From NCBI GenBank assembly GCA_048882385.1, contig JBHLRQ010000015.1, positions 28,733 to 46,620 of the forward strand: a DNA stretch of 17,888 nt. The letters run 5' to 3'. Origin of the DNA: Candidatus Thorarchaeota archaeon. GTDB lineage: Archaea; Asgardarchaeota; Thorarchaeia; Thorarchaeales; Thorarchaeaceae. Under the pieces are notes generated by a model. It saw only the letters and a list, made by a program, of their open reading frames with translations, had not been told where the DNA came from and ran no database searches. Positions 7,011 to 16,400 of the stretch are shown here, piece after piece. The position numbers were made by a program, and so were the translations under genes. Numbering within the stretch: position 1 is the first letter of the stretch; every line of letters begins with the position of its first letter.

Positions 7011-7205
7011 TTGCCAGAGACTTTTGATTATCTATCTGAGGAATGGATGAATGCTGTGATAGATCTTGTAACAAAGAAACTCACAGCAGAGGAGATGAAA
7101 CATGTTTCGTCCTCAATGGTGAACATAGTTGAGAACTGCCCAGATGGGAAACGCCACTGCAGGTCACAGATTTGTAGAGAATTCATCTCAATTATGAATG
7201 CCTAG
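7011..7205 (+). pseudogene. Truncated SCP2 sterol/lipid-binding domain-like gene
   Basis: The N-terminus FDYLSEEW...SSSMVNIVENCPDGK resembles archaeal SCP2-domain proteins, but the ORF stops at 64 aa, about half a domain. RBS-like GGTGAG upstream. Confidence 0.55.
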
Positions 7206-7273
7206 TGTTATCGGAAAGACAGATAGGGTGAGTTGATTAAATTAGTTCCAGAATAATTAGGAAGAGATGAATA

Positions 7274-8167
7274 TTGACAGATATACCATATAGTGGTGAG
7301 AAAACCACAAAGGTGGGTGATATCGAGCTCACCTATGACACATTTGGCAACCCATCATCCCAACCAATGTTGTTGATCATGGGGCTTGGTTCCCAGATGA
7401 TTCGTTGGGATGAAGCTTTTTGTCAGGCTATCGCTGCACAAGGTCGGTGGGTGATTCGTTTTGATAATCGTGACGTAGGCCTTTCAACAAAGTTGGATTA
7501 TGCCGGTGTTCCTAATGCCATGGCTCTATTACAAGGACAGTCTGTCGATGTGCCATATAAGTTGAAAGACATGGCTGATGATGCAATAGGTCTACTTGAT
7601 TCACTTAGAATAAAAGCTGCTGATGTTGTAGGAGTATCAATGGGCGGCATGATTGCACAGACAATGGCAATTCATTATCCCGACCGAGTACTGACTCTAA
7701 CATCGATTATGTCCTCAACAGGGAATCCTAGTCTGCCACGAGCAAAACCTGAAGCGGCCGCCCTTCTGGTAACGCCTCCAGTGTCCAATCTAGATGACTA
7801 CATCAATAATACTCTAAATTCGTCAAAGGTGCTTCATGGCCCAAAATACGAATTGAATGAGGATTATGTCCGGGATTGGGCGGAGCGCTCGTATAACAGA
7901 TGTTATCATCCTCCAGGATTTGCCAGGCAGCTAGGTGCAGTCATGGCATCTGGAAGTCGACATGAAGAATTAAAGAATGTGAAGATTCCAACTCTTGTAA
8001 TTCATGGGGATGCAGACCCGCTAGTTCCAGTTGAGGGTGGAAAAGACACAGCTAAGAGTATACCTGGAGCCAGATTAGTCATCATAGAAGGTATGGGACA
8101 TAGTTTTCCGACTGAGGTTACGCCACAGATAATCCAAGAGATTCTACAACACACTGCACCGAAATAA
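7274..8167 (+). CDS. Alpha/beta fold hydrolase (esterase/lipase-like)
   Basis: LLIMGLG, RFDNRDVGLS, nucleophile elbow GVSMGG, catalytic Asp region HGDADPLVP and catalytic His in GMGH. Confidence 0.95.
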   Translation: MTDIPYSGEKTTKVGDIELTYDTFGNPSSQPMLLIMGLGSQMIRWDEAFCQAIAAQGRWVIRFDNRDVGLSTKLDYAGVPNAMALLQGQSVDVPYKLKDMADDAIGLLDSLRIKAADVVGVSMGGMIAQTMAIHYPDRVLTLTSIMSSTGNPSLPRAKPEAAALLVTPPVSNLDDYINNTLNSSKVLHGPKYELNEDYVRDWAERSYNRCYHPPGFARQLGAVMASGSRHEELKNVKIPTLVIHGDADPLVPVEGGKDTAKSIPGARLVIIEGMGHSFPTEVTPQIIQEILQHTAPK

Positions 8168-8188
8168 GACCCTCCCGGAGATTATCAA

Positions 8189-8980
8189 TTGATTGCAGAT
8201 TTACCATCTGAGCTCAGAGAGTCTGGTGCAGTCGAAATCAGGACAAAACTCGGAACCATCTCTGGGGGTGATGTACTAGATGTGGGTACAGATGATGGCG
8301 ATTTCATTAGAGTCCTAATGAAAACTCTGAAGGACTACAAATCATTCACTGGAATCGACATCTCAGACGAGGAATTGGAAAAAGCCAGAAACCAATTCAA
8401 AGATGCTCCAGTGGAACTCATGGTAATGAATGCTGAATCTATGGTATTCAAGGATAACCAATTCGATACTGTATGCATGTCTTATACAATTCATCACTTA
8501 GAGAATATTGATGCTGTGTTGACCGAGATGCATCGTGTGGTAAAGCCTGGTGGTCATTTCATTATTCAAGAGATGTATGCTGATGGAGAACAGACTGCAG
8601 CTCAGCTTGTGGACAGGGACGTACACCATTTGGAAGTGAAGGTTGATTCCCTATCAGGCATTCCTCATTTCGAAACACTGACCCGAAAGAGATTGCGAAA
8701 ATTAGTCGATAGACTTGGTCTAAACGACACAGAAGTGTTCGAGTCCAAATGGGCTGTAAAATGTCTATTCTGTAAGGAATCACAAGCCTGTCAAAATCCA
8801 ACGAGGTCTGAGAATGTAGATTCTGTTCTCAAGCAAATTGATGATGCATTGAACAGATCTCGGGAGTATTCATCATATACGGATCTGAAAGCTGAAGCTG
8901 AATCTTTGAAGAAGAGACTGAAGATTCATGGATCATCTGCAGCATCTGTGATTTACTTCTTCGGGACTAAAGGGAAATAA
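8189..8980 (+). CDS. Class I SAM-dependent methyltransferase (Methyltransf_11/31-like)
   Basis: VLDVGTDDG, GIDISDEEL, FKDNQFDTV, TIHHLEN and EMHRVVKPGG. C-terminal CxxC-x4-C. Confidence 0.9.
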   Translation: MIADLPSELRESGAVEIRTKLGTISGGDVLDVGTDDGDFIRVLMKTLKDYKSFTGIDISDEELEKARNQFKDAPVELMVMNAESMVFKDNQFDTVCMSYTIHHLENIDAVLTEMHRVVKPGGHFIIQEMYADGEQTAAQLVDRDVHHLEVKVDSLSGIPHFETLTRKRLRKLVDRLGLNDTEVFESKWAVKCLFCKESQACQNPTRSENVDSVLKQIDDALNRSREYSSYTDLKAEAESLKKRLKIHGSSAASVIYFFGTKGK

Positions 8981-9006
8981 TAGAGTAGGACAGTAATCCT
9001 ACTCTA
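8981..9006. terminator. Perfect 10-bp inverted repeat between convergent genes (possible bidirectional terminator)
   Basis: TAGAGTAGGA-CAGTAA-TCCTACTCTA lies between the stop codons at 8980 (+) and 9018 (-). Confidence 0.65.
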
Positions 9007-9017
9007 CATACATTGGT

Positions 9018-10157
9018 TCAACGTTCCTTCACTTTTCGCCACACTATTAGAATTACAAGTCCTACAAGAGCTACTGACCCAGATAGAGCCGCAAATAATG
9101 CTAAATCAAAAACTCCTGTTGTCTGTGCATTTCCAATTTGAAGTATCTCTAGACCATCTTCTCCATCTGCAACATAGATTAGCTCATCGACTATTGCTAT
9201 ACCTGATGCACTCCCGCCATCATAATAATTTCCAACTTCAGTGACGTTGGACAAATCATTGATATCCAGAATTTCCAATCCCTCTTCTCTGTCAGCAATA
9301 AATGCATAATCATTATAGAATTCTAAATCAACCGAATGTCCTCCATCATTGTGACTATAGATCTCTGTAAGTGAAAGAGGATTGCTAATATTGAAGACCT
9401 TCACACCACCATATGAACACATCATATACGCAATATCTCCAACGAAATCGATGGAAAAAACTTCACCATCTATAGGAAACTCCGCGAGCTCTTGGATATT
9501 TGAGAGATCCGAGATATTTAGAACTATTAACGACTTCTGTGTCGCAGAAATGAAATCTGATACATATGCCAAATCATTGTTTATTTCAACATTGAAGATG
9601 TAGCTGATCCCCGTATTGTATTGATATATCTCCGTAGGATCAGTAGGATCTGAAATATTCACTATTTCAAGTCCATCCTCAAAGTCTGCTATGAAGGCAA
9701 GGTCTTCGTAAATATCGAATGTACCGACTTCTCCGCCATCGTGACATAATCCTACCTGAGTCGGGTTGATAGAATCTGAGATGTTGATAACTTTGAATCC
9801 TTCAGTATAATCTGCTATGTAAGCTAAATCTTCATCGACATACAATTCATGAATATGATCAATTCCTTCATCGAATCTACTCAATTCTGTTGGATTTTCT
9901 GGGTCAGAAACATCAATTATGCACAGACCACTATCGGAGTCTGCAACGATAGCAACACCATCTTTCACATGTATGCTTGCAGCGAATCCACTTGTATTCA
10001 ACTGTCCAATCTCTGTTATTACGAGAGTCTGTGTTTCTTGAGCACTTGCTATATTTCCTGCATTGATGTTCACAAGAATCGAGATTACAAGGATGCTAAT
10101 TGTTAAAATTCCTGTTTTTCTCATGCTGTTCACATTCCAATACGGTACCTCCTTCAT
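9018..10157 (-). CDS. LVIVD-repeat (beta-propeller) cell-surface protein with signal peptide and C-terminal TM anchor
   Basis: About seven ~43-aa repeats of the type AYIADxxxGLxIxNISDPxNP. N-terminal hydrophobic segment (alternative start 10124). C-terminal TM followed by WRKVKER. Confidence 0.92.
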   Translation of the reverse strand: MKEVPYWNVNSMRKTGILTISILVISILVNINAGNIASAQETQTLVITEIGQLNTSGFAASIHVKDGVAIVADSDSGLCIIDVSDPENPTELSRFDEGIDHIHELYVDEDLAYIADYTEGFKVINISDSINPTQVGLCHDGGEVGTFDIYEDLAFIADFEDGLEIVNISDPTDPTEIYQYNTGISYIFNVEINNDLAYVSDFISATQKSLIVLNISDLSNIQELAEFPIDGEVFSIDFVGDIAYMMCSYGGVKVFNISNPLSLTEIYSHNDGGHSVDLEFYNDYAFIADREEGLEILDINDLSNVTEVGNYYDGGSASGIAIVDELIYVADGEDGLEILQIGNAQTTGVFDLALFAALSGSVALVGLVILIVWRKVKER

Positions 10158-10426
10158 AGAGTCGAATGCTTATTCATGAACATCAAACGACCCGTAATCT
10201 CCCCGAAAACTGGAAAATTTCTAATTCATTAACGTTATTTACTGAGCAATAATTCAGCAAGAAAATGACTACTGACACTTTGGAAAGAATGAATCAGGAA
10301 ATTGATGAGAACAGGTTCGGATATGTCGAGTGACAGAAAATTTCCAATCTTTTCCTACTGTCCACCTAGCAACCTCAAATCTAATACTCTAAATCACAAT
10401 AACACATGTTGCTTGTATACTGTTTG

Positions 10427-11407
10427 TCAAATAGCTGATTCAGTTTCCCAAGTTTTGATTATTGCCTCCAGTGGAGTTCCAAGTATCTGAATTCTGTTAT
10501 AATCTGATTCTCCTATTTCTCTTTCAGCAGCATGTTTGAGGTAAGGTATGTTAAACGGATTCAGTCCACCAATTCTTGCTGCGATACAATCAAGAGCGAG
10601 TGGGTCTTGACTAGCAAGGATTGTGTTGAGATCGAATGGGTCCTGGCCCATTGTATTTGTCATATCTACATCATTGCTCACAATTATTGCATCAATAACA
10701 TTGAGCGTTGGCTTGATGACGCTATGAATGTCTGCTAAACCTTGTGCAAAATTCTCGTGGATTCGCTTTTTTTCCCCGCTGGGTGTCCACCATTGGCGAT
10801 AAGAAGAATGGTAGTACTTCCCTCTAGCTGTCAAGAATTCTTGGGAAAGTTCCAGACAAAACCCTTGAGACCGAGTATCTGAGTATTCCCCCTTTCCGGG
10901 GAGAGCTCCCATAAGATTCTTGACCGCCAAGCTGGCCCAATCACTTTTTCCTGGAATATGTCTATACAGTTTGAGCTTTGGTACATTAATTAAGACGTCG
11001 CAATCAAGAATGACTTTCGGAACATGTAACTCTTTAACCGCCTGACCTGATGGGACTGGCACATTTGTGGTTGGACTTTCATTCAGGTCAACTAATTTCA
11101 CATCATATTTCACAGCCAATTCTGTATATCCACTTATTCTATAGGCAAGTTCTGTGTTGATACCACCAGAACCCTCAGCTATGATTATGTCAGAAGTACA
11201 CCTTTTTTGACAAAGTTCTATGATTGATTGGACAATCGGTAAGTCTGTTGTAAAACCTGTGAATGGAGGTAAACCAAAGACCAAGTTTGGCTTTATCACA
11301 ATATTACTATCTGGCTTCATAAGACTTTCAATCTCACCAAGTAGTCTAATTGACTCTTCAACTGCGGTTCTGATACTATCATTTTGTGCAATAGACACAA
11401 TTGCCAT
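10427..11407 (-). CDS. DUF362 domain-containing protein
   Basis: IVIKPNLV, IIIAEGS, LVDLN, DVLINVPKLK, LAVKNLMGALP, KPTLNVIDAI and ASQDPLALDCIAA. Confidence 0.9.
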   Translation of the reverse strand: MAIVSIAQNDSIRTAVEESIRLLGEIESLMKPDSNIVIKPNLVFGLPPFTGFTTDLPIVQSIIELCQKRCTSDIIIAEGSGGINTELAYRISGYTELAVKYDVKLVDLNESPTTNVPVPSGQAVKELHVPKVILDCDVLINVPKLKLYRHIPGKSDWASLAVKNLMGALPGKGEYSDTRSQGFCLELSQEFLTARGKYYHSSYRQWWTPSGEKKRIHENFAQGLADIHSVIKPTLNVIDAIIVSNDVDMTNTMGQDPFDLNTILASQDPLALDCIAARIGGLNPFNIPYLKHAAEREIGESDYNRIQILGTPLEAIIKTWETESAI

Positions 11408-11500
11408 AGTCCCTTCACCAACATTTGTAATCCCGATAAATCGACCTGCTCTCTTGTTATTGTATTTCTATCAATTGATGTTGATTAGGTATGATCAACG

Positions 11501-11542
11501 AAATAAAAAGGGAGAGCCTCTTGGATTTACCAAGAGCTTCCC
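11501..11542 (-). terminator. Hairpin plus T-tract downstream of the secreted-protein gene
   Basis: GGGAGAGCCTCTTGG-ATTTA-CCAAGAGCTTCCC, with a perfect inner stem CTCTTGG/CCAAGAG. Preceded on the + strand by AAATAAAAA, which is the T-tract on the minus strand. Confidence 0.65.
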
Positions 11543-11561
11543 GATATCTCATTTCCTAGCG

Positions 11562-12149
11562 TCAGTTAATTCGGAAGTCGCCGGGGGCAAAGTGAGGAGC
11601 GGGGATATCTTCGTACCATTCAATCAATCCACTCATGTAGACATTACGGCCTGCCCACATAGTGAATGGATCTCCTGCATATTCGACGCTCCCAGTCATG
11701 TGATATTTGGTGTTTGCCATATTAGTCAAACCTTCATCATATCCCCAAAGAACTAATTCTTCGGGATTGTTTGCCGGAAGCCAATATGCCCAATCTTCGG
11801 AATCACCATTTGGTATAACCGGAAAGTTCGCCCCGTCCATATCATAGATTGCCCATATTTCACCAAAGAAGAATGCCATTCCTTTCGCTGGGTTATCAAA
11901 TGGCTTTCCTGTCCAAAAAGCGAAGAATAACATTCCATACGTTTCTCCGTCTATCTTAATTGTCCCCACCCAATCAGGTATTCCAGTTTGGTATTCAGGC
12001 CATCCGAGATTAAACTCTAATTTCATACTGCCTTTCAGCGGCTTTACTGCTTGCACAGGTGAAACGGAAACCAATGCAATGGTGAATGTTAATACCAGTG
12101 CTACTACGCATAATCGTTTCGTCAAGCTCATTCTATACAGCCTTTTCAC
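11562..12149 (-). CDS. Secreted hypothetical protein (signal peptide; aromatic/Gly-rich, probably beta-stranded mature domain)
   Basis: KRLCVVALVLTFTIALVSVSPVQA is a signal peptide with a signal-peptidase-like site. A strong GGAGGTGA element overlaps the GTG start, so ATG 12131 is an alternative start. Confidence 0.82.
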   Translation of the reverse strand: MKRLYRMSLTKRLCVVALVLTFTIALVSVSPVQAVKPLKGSMKLEFNLGWPEYQTGIPDWVGTIKIDGETYGMLFFAFWTGKPFDNPAKGMAFFFGEIWAIYDMDGANFPVIPNGDSEDWAYWLPANNPEELVLWGYDEGLTNMANTKYHMTGSVEYAGDPFTMWAGRNVYMSGLIEWYEDIPAPHFAPGDFRIN

Positions 12150-12477
12150 CTCCTCTCAAGTTCATATAATGAACCATCTCGGTGACTGATGATTCTCAGT
12201 CCACAATGTACAATTTCACTTGTCGCAAATAGTACATTGCAGTCTAAAGCATCACTCACTGGAATATCAAGGAGCGGGCGGTAGTGACAGCCAGAAATTA
12301 CTAAAAGTATGGTTTACTAGCATAATTTCACCTTAGTTTCTACTGAATATTTACCAAAAAGCCAGTTTTATTAACAAACTGTTGTATTGAATTGCACTAG
12401 ACGTTGGGAACGTGGTAGCCCACAGGATTTCCAAACCTATCTGATAACCAAGAATCGTTTCCCAGGTCAGCAGAAGC

Positions 12478-13434
12478 GTGGTGAGTAGATTGGATCCCCT
12501 AGACTGGGCTTTGATATGTGAACTGTGCGGCAATGCAAGGATGCCGTATAAAACACTCGCAAAGAAATTCGATATTTCAACTAATACAGTCAAGAACCGT
12601 ATCATCAGACTTCGTAAGCAAGGAGTGATTAAGAAATTTGGCGTTTGTGTAAGCTTTGAAACGCTTGGCGCTGAAAGCGTAGCTGGTTTTGTTATTACTG
12701 ATGGATCCGAGAATGTGATAGAGCTAATGGAACAAATCGCCGACCAGCCTATGATTTGTGAAATCTATCGTACTAGTGATCGCCGTTATGAGTATCATGC
12801 AATGGTGTTGGGAGCAGGTGAAACTCTTGGACTCAAACGGCTCTTAAGTAATCTTGATGGTGTAATTGATGTGGAAATGAGACCCATTGTCCTTCAATTT
12901 CCTAACAAACCGCCTACTTATCCTGGTAATACACGAGGGAAGAGAGTCACATTCACCCGCGATCAATTACGTGTTCTGAAAGCGCTGACAATAGACTCTC
13001 GACTGCCTGTTTCCAAGATTACTCAAGAAACAGGATTCACTCCCAGACGAGTACGGAAAATCCTCCGGAATCTGCAAGAAGGTGGTGGTGTCCATACCTA
13101 TGCCATTTACAATGCATATGCGTTGGGAGATATGGAATACCGAATGAGAATCAGCTATGACGATGCAAAAACGACAGGTCAGAGCATCATAATGGAGCTG
13201 TACGACAAGTATCCAGAACTATTCTGGTGGGGAAGCATCACCACCAATGAACCAATCGTTGATGTGGGTCTGATCATTGATCGTCCCGGTAAAGGTCCGC
13301 CAATTGCTGCTGAGATTAAAGCAGCTGCTTATACCAAGTCTGTAGAGGACTTTGTATCCTATCCTAGGGTTGTTGCTAGTGTCAACAGGCTCAATGCTCA
13401 TCTATGGGATTTGATTCATGAGGCTGAGCTTTGA
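12478..13434 (+). CDS. Lrp/AsnC-family transcriptional regulator with two tandem wHTH modules
   Basis: LDPLDWALICEL...ARMPYKTLAKKFDISTNTVKNRIIRLRKQGVI, and a second module DQLRVLKALTIDSRLPVSKITQETGFTPRRVRKILRNL. Confidence 0.92.
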   Translation: MVSRLDPLDWALICELCGNARMPYKTLAKKFDISTNTVKNRIIRLRKQGVIKKFGVCVSFETLGAESVAGFVITDGSENVIELMEQIADQPMICEIYRTSDRRYEYHAMVLGAGETLGLKRLLSNLDGVIDVEMRPIVLQFPNKPPTYPGNTRGKRVTFTRDQLRVLKALTIDSRLPVSKITQETGFTPRRVRKILRNLQEGGGVHTYAIYNAYALGDMEYRMRISYDDAKTTGQSIIMELYDKYPELFWWGSITTNEPIVDVGLIIDRPGKGPPIAAEIKAAAYTKSVEDFVSYPRVVASVNRLNAHLWDLIHEAEL

Positions 13435-16400
13435 TCTTCACTAATCGATATTATTCTCTCCATACTCCTTGAATGTTGAATTGGGGCTATTCGTTCGAAT
13501 GGCCGATGATTGAATCGTCGTTTCCGCCAGATATATTGTCCTGCAAAGACAGAATATAGAAGAATCACAGCTCCAAATCCTGCCAGTATAAACAGCACTA
13601 GAGTATCAGATCCGGAAGCACTGGGCGGGTCAATATGATACTGTATCAAGCTACGTGCTCTTACAGGATTCCCTTCTCCAGAGGAAGCCTCACCTACAAC
13701 AAGATAGATGCCCTTTTGCCAAATGCCTTCAGCTACATAGTAGGCTATCGTTTCCGGTGACCGATAGAGGTAGACTCCAGGTTCAATCTCTGACATGATC
13801 ACTGTCCAGAAGAGGTTTCCATCCGGGTCATAGATTCTAAGCTCGATGTACGCCCCTGAGATAGGCTCGCCAGTTTCATCGAATGTGAGCAATGCTCCTA
13901 TCTGTATTGGAACCTCCTCAGTGTCTGGGTAGTCGAAGTTCCCATTGAGTTCAAGCGACCATTGCACACTCAGCGAATCTACAACTGTTATGGTGAATAT
14001 TGCCGTTAGAATACCGACATAGATACCATAGGGTGCAAGCCACTCATCAACAAAAACCGAGTAGATGTTCTCCACACCCACCTCAACTCTATACGTTCCA
14101 ACAGGTAATTGCATTAGGTCAGTGATTCTTCCCTCATGATTGATAGCAAAGTGTTCCGTGTCATTAATCCACCAAGACTCAACCGGTGGATCGTGTGAAC
14201 CAGCTTCAAGGTCAAGGTCAAGGTTGAGCAATGCGAGGCGTTGACCAAACTCAAGAGTAAAATCATTGAGAGGCGCCAACCATCTTGATTTTGAGTAGTA
14301 AACAAGCGGATGTGGGTCCACACTGCCTGCCTCTCCAGGAATGTTGTATGGGGTATCCCCTATACCATCACCGTCATTGTCAGGTCCCACATATTCAGAA
14401 TAGTAGTTGTAATAGAAATCGTTCAGAGTTCCAACTACATTTTCTTGAACATCATGTTCGGAACTCTCAGCAAAAGTATTCCACCAAACCACTATGTAAT
14501 CTGATGAGGTGATGAATAGACCGAATTTATTTCCAATGCAAATATCATAATAGACTCTGTTATCATCCGAGTATCTGATCGAGATGCCAGCGTCTGCATT
14601 GCCATTGCAGGTGTTTTCCTGTACTCTGTTACCATTTGAATTTTCGAGTTTGATGCCACGGACGTTGTCATCACAGGTATTTCCATCCAGAATATTGCTA
14701 TCTGCTCTATCAAGGCGGATACCGTTATCCTCGTTGTAAGTGCAGGTATTTCCTTCAAGCGTGTTGCCAGTTGAGTAGTAGAGGACAACGCCGTCTTCCC
14801 AATTGTGCAGGCAGGTGTTTCCATCCAGCGTGTTGATATGTGAATAATTAATCACAATCCCATGGTTTTCGTTGACATTACAGGTGTTTCCAGAAAGCGT
14901 GTTATGATGTGAGTCCCAGAGGTAGATACCATAGTCGTTGACATTACAGGTGTTTCCAGAAAGTGTGTTCCAGTCTGAGTAACAGAGGTAGATGCCAAAC
15001 TTGTTGTTATTGCAGGTGTTTCCAGAAAGCGTGTTGCCATGCGATTCATCGAGGTATATTGCATGAAGAAAGCTACTGCAGCTGTTGCCGTCCAGAGTGT
15101 TTTCATTTGATAATAAAAGAAGTATGGCATTAGGGTATCCATCGCAGGTGTTCCCTGACAGCATGTTACCATCCGACTCTTCGAGGTAGATACCATAATC
15201 TGAGTTGCCAGTGCAGATGTTTCCAGAAAGCGTGTTTCCATCCGACTCTTCGAGGTAGATACCATAATCTGAGTTGCCAGTGCAGATGTTTCCAGAAAGC
15301 GTGTTTCCATCTGATCTATAGAAGATGTAGATGCCGTCTTCGTCATTATCACTGCAGGTGTTGCCGTCCAGCGTGTTTCCATGCGAAAGATGTGGGCGAA
15401 TACCATAGGTATTGTCACTGCAGGTGTTGCCAGAGAGTGTGTTGTCATTTGAAGAAACGAGGTCGATACCTATCATATTATTAGCATTACAGGTGTTTCC
15501 ATCCAGCGTGTTTCCATGCGATTGATGTAGGCAAATACCATTGATATTGTCACTGCAGGTGTTGCCAGAGAGTATGTTTTCATCCGAGTATGAGAGGATG
15601 ATGCCTTCCCCATCCTCTTCAACAAGGTTAACATTTTCGTTGCAGGTGTTACCAGAGAGTGTGTTCTCATTTGAAGAATAGAGGCGGATGCCTCTCATAA
15701 TATTGGCATCACAGGTGTTTCCATCCAGTGTGTTGCTTTCTGAGTAAAAGAGGTAGATACCATTTTCATTGTAACTACAGGTGTTCCCGATTAGCGAGTT
15801 GCCATTCGATTCTTCGAGGTAGATGCCATAGTCGTTGTCAGTGCAGGTGTTCCCGATTAGCGTATTGTCATCGGAGTCACTGACAAAGATGCCGTTCGCA
15901 TTGGCTTTACAAAGATTCTCCAGAATCTGGTTCCCGGTACTCTCCCCTCTAACGGCAATACCACATAGAGCATTCTCACTGCAGTTGTTATCCGTCAGAA
16001 CATTATCAATGCCTAGCCAAAGGTTGATTCCCGCTTGAGGATTAATGAAGCAATGATTATGAATGATCCTGTTGTCAAAAGCTCCAATCCCAACACCAAT
16101 ACCACTCCACCCGTTGTCAAAGCATTCGTTGTCCTTCACTATATTTAGCGTGCTTGAATAGAGTACAGCTATACCTTCCAAGAAGTTGTCACTGCAGGTG
16201 TTTCCGTCCAACATGTTGATATTCGATTCTTCGAGGCAGATGCCATAGTCGTTGTCAGTGCAGGTGTTCCCGATTAGCGTATTGTCATCGGAGTCACTGA
16301 CAAAGACGCCGTTCGCATTGGCTCTACAAAGATTCTCCTGAATCTGGTTCCCGGTACTCTCCCCTCTAATGGCAATACCCCATAGATTATTCCCGCTGCA

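Noticed and set aside
5157-8980. Methyltransferases and hydrolase as tailoring enzymes of the RiPP-like unit
   Set aside because: They are on the opposite strand, separated from the unit by the TPR and PAS genes, interleaved with msrA, and belong to common families; nothing in the sequence links them.
10302-10490. 62-aa plus-strand ORF in the LVIVD-DUF362 spacer
   Set aside because: Weak start, overlaps the DUF362 3' end and has no recognisable features.
11220-11756. 178-aa plus-strand ORF
   Set aside because: It overlaps two well-supported minus-strand genes and a terminator, and has no protein-like motifs.
14114-15670. Alternative-frame minus-strand ORFs with repeats (METRFLETSALATQ...)
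   Set aside because: Same-strand frame shadows of the repetitive beta-helix gene; their repeats simply mirror its DNA duplications.
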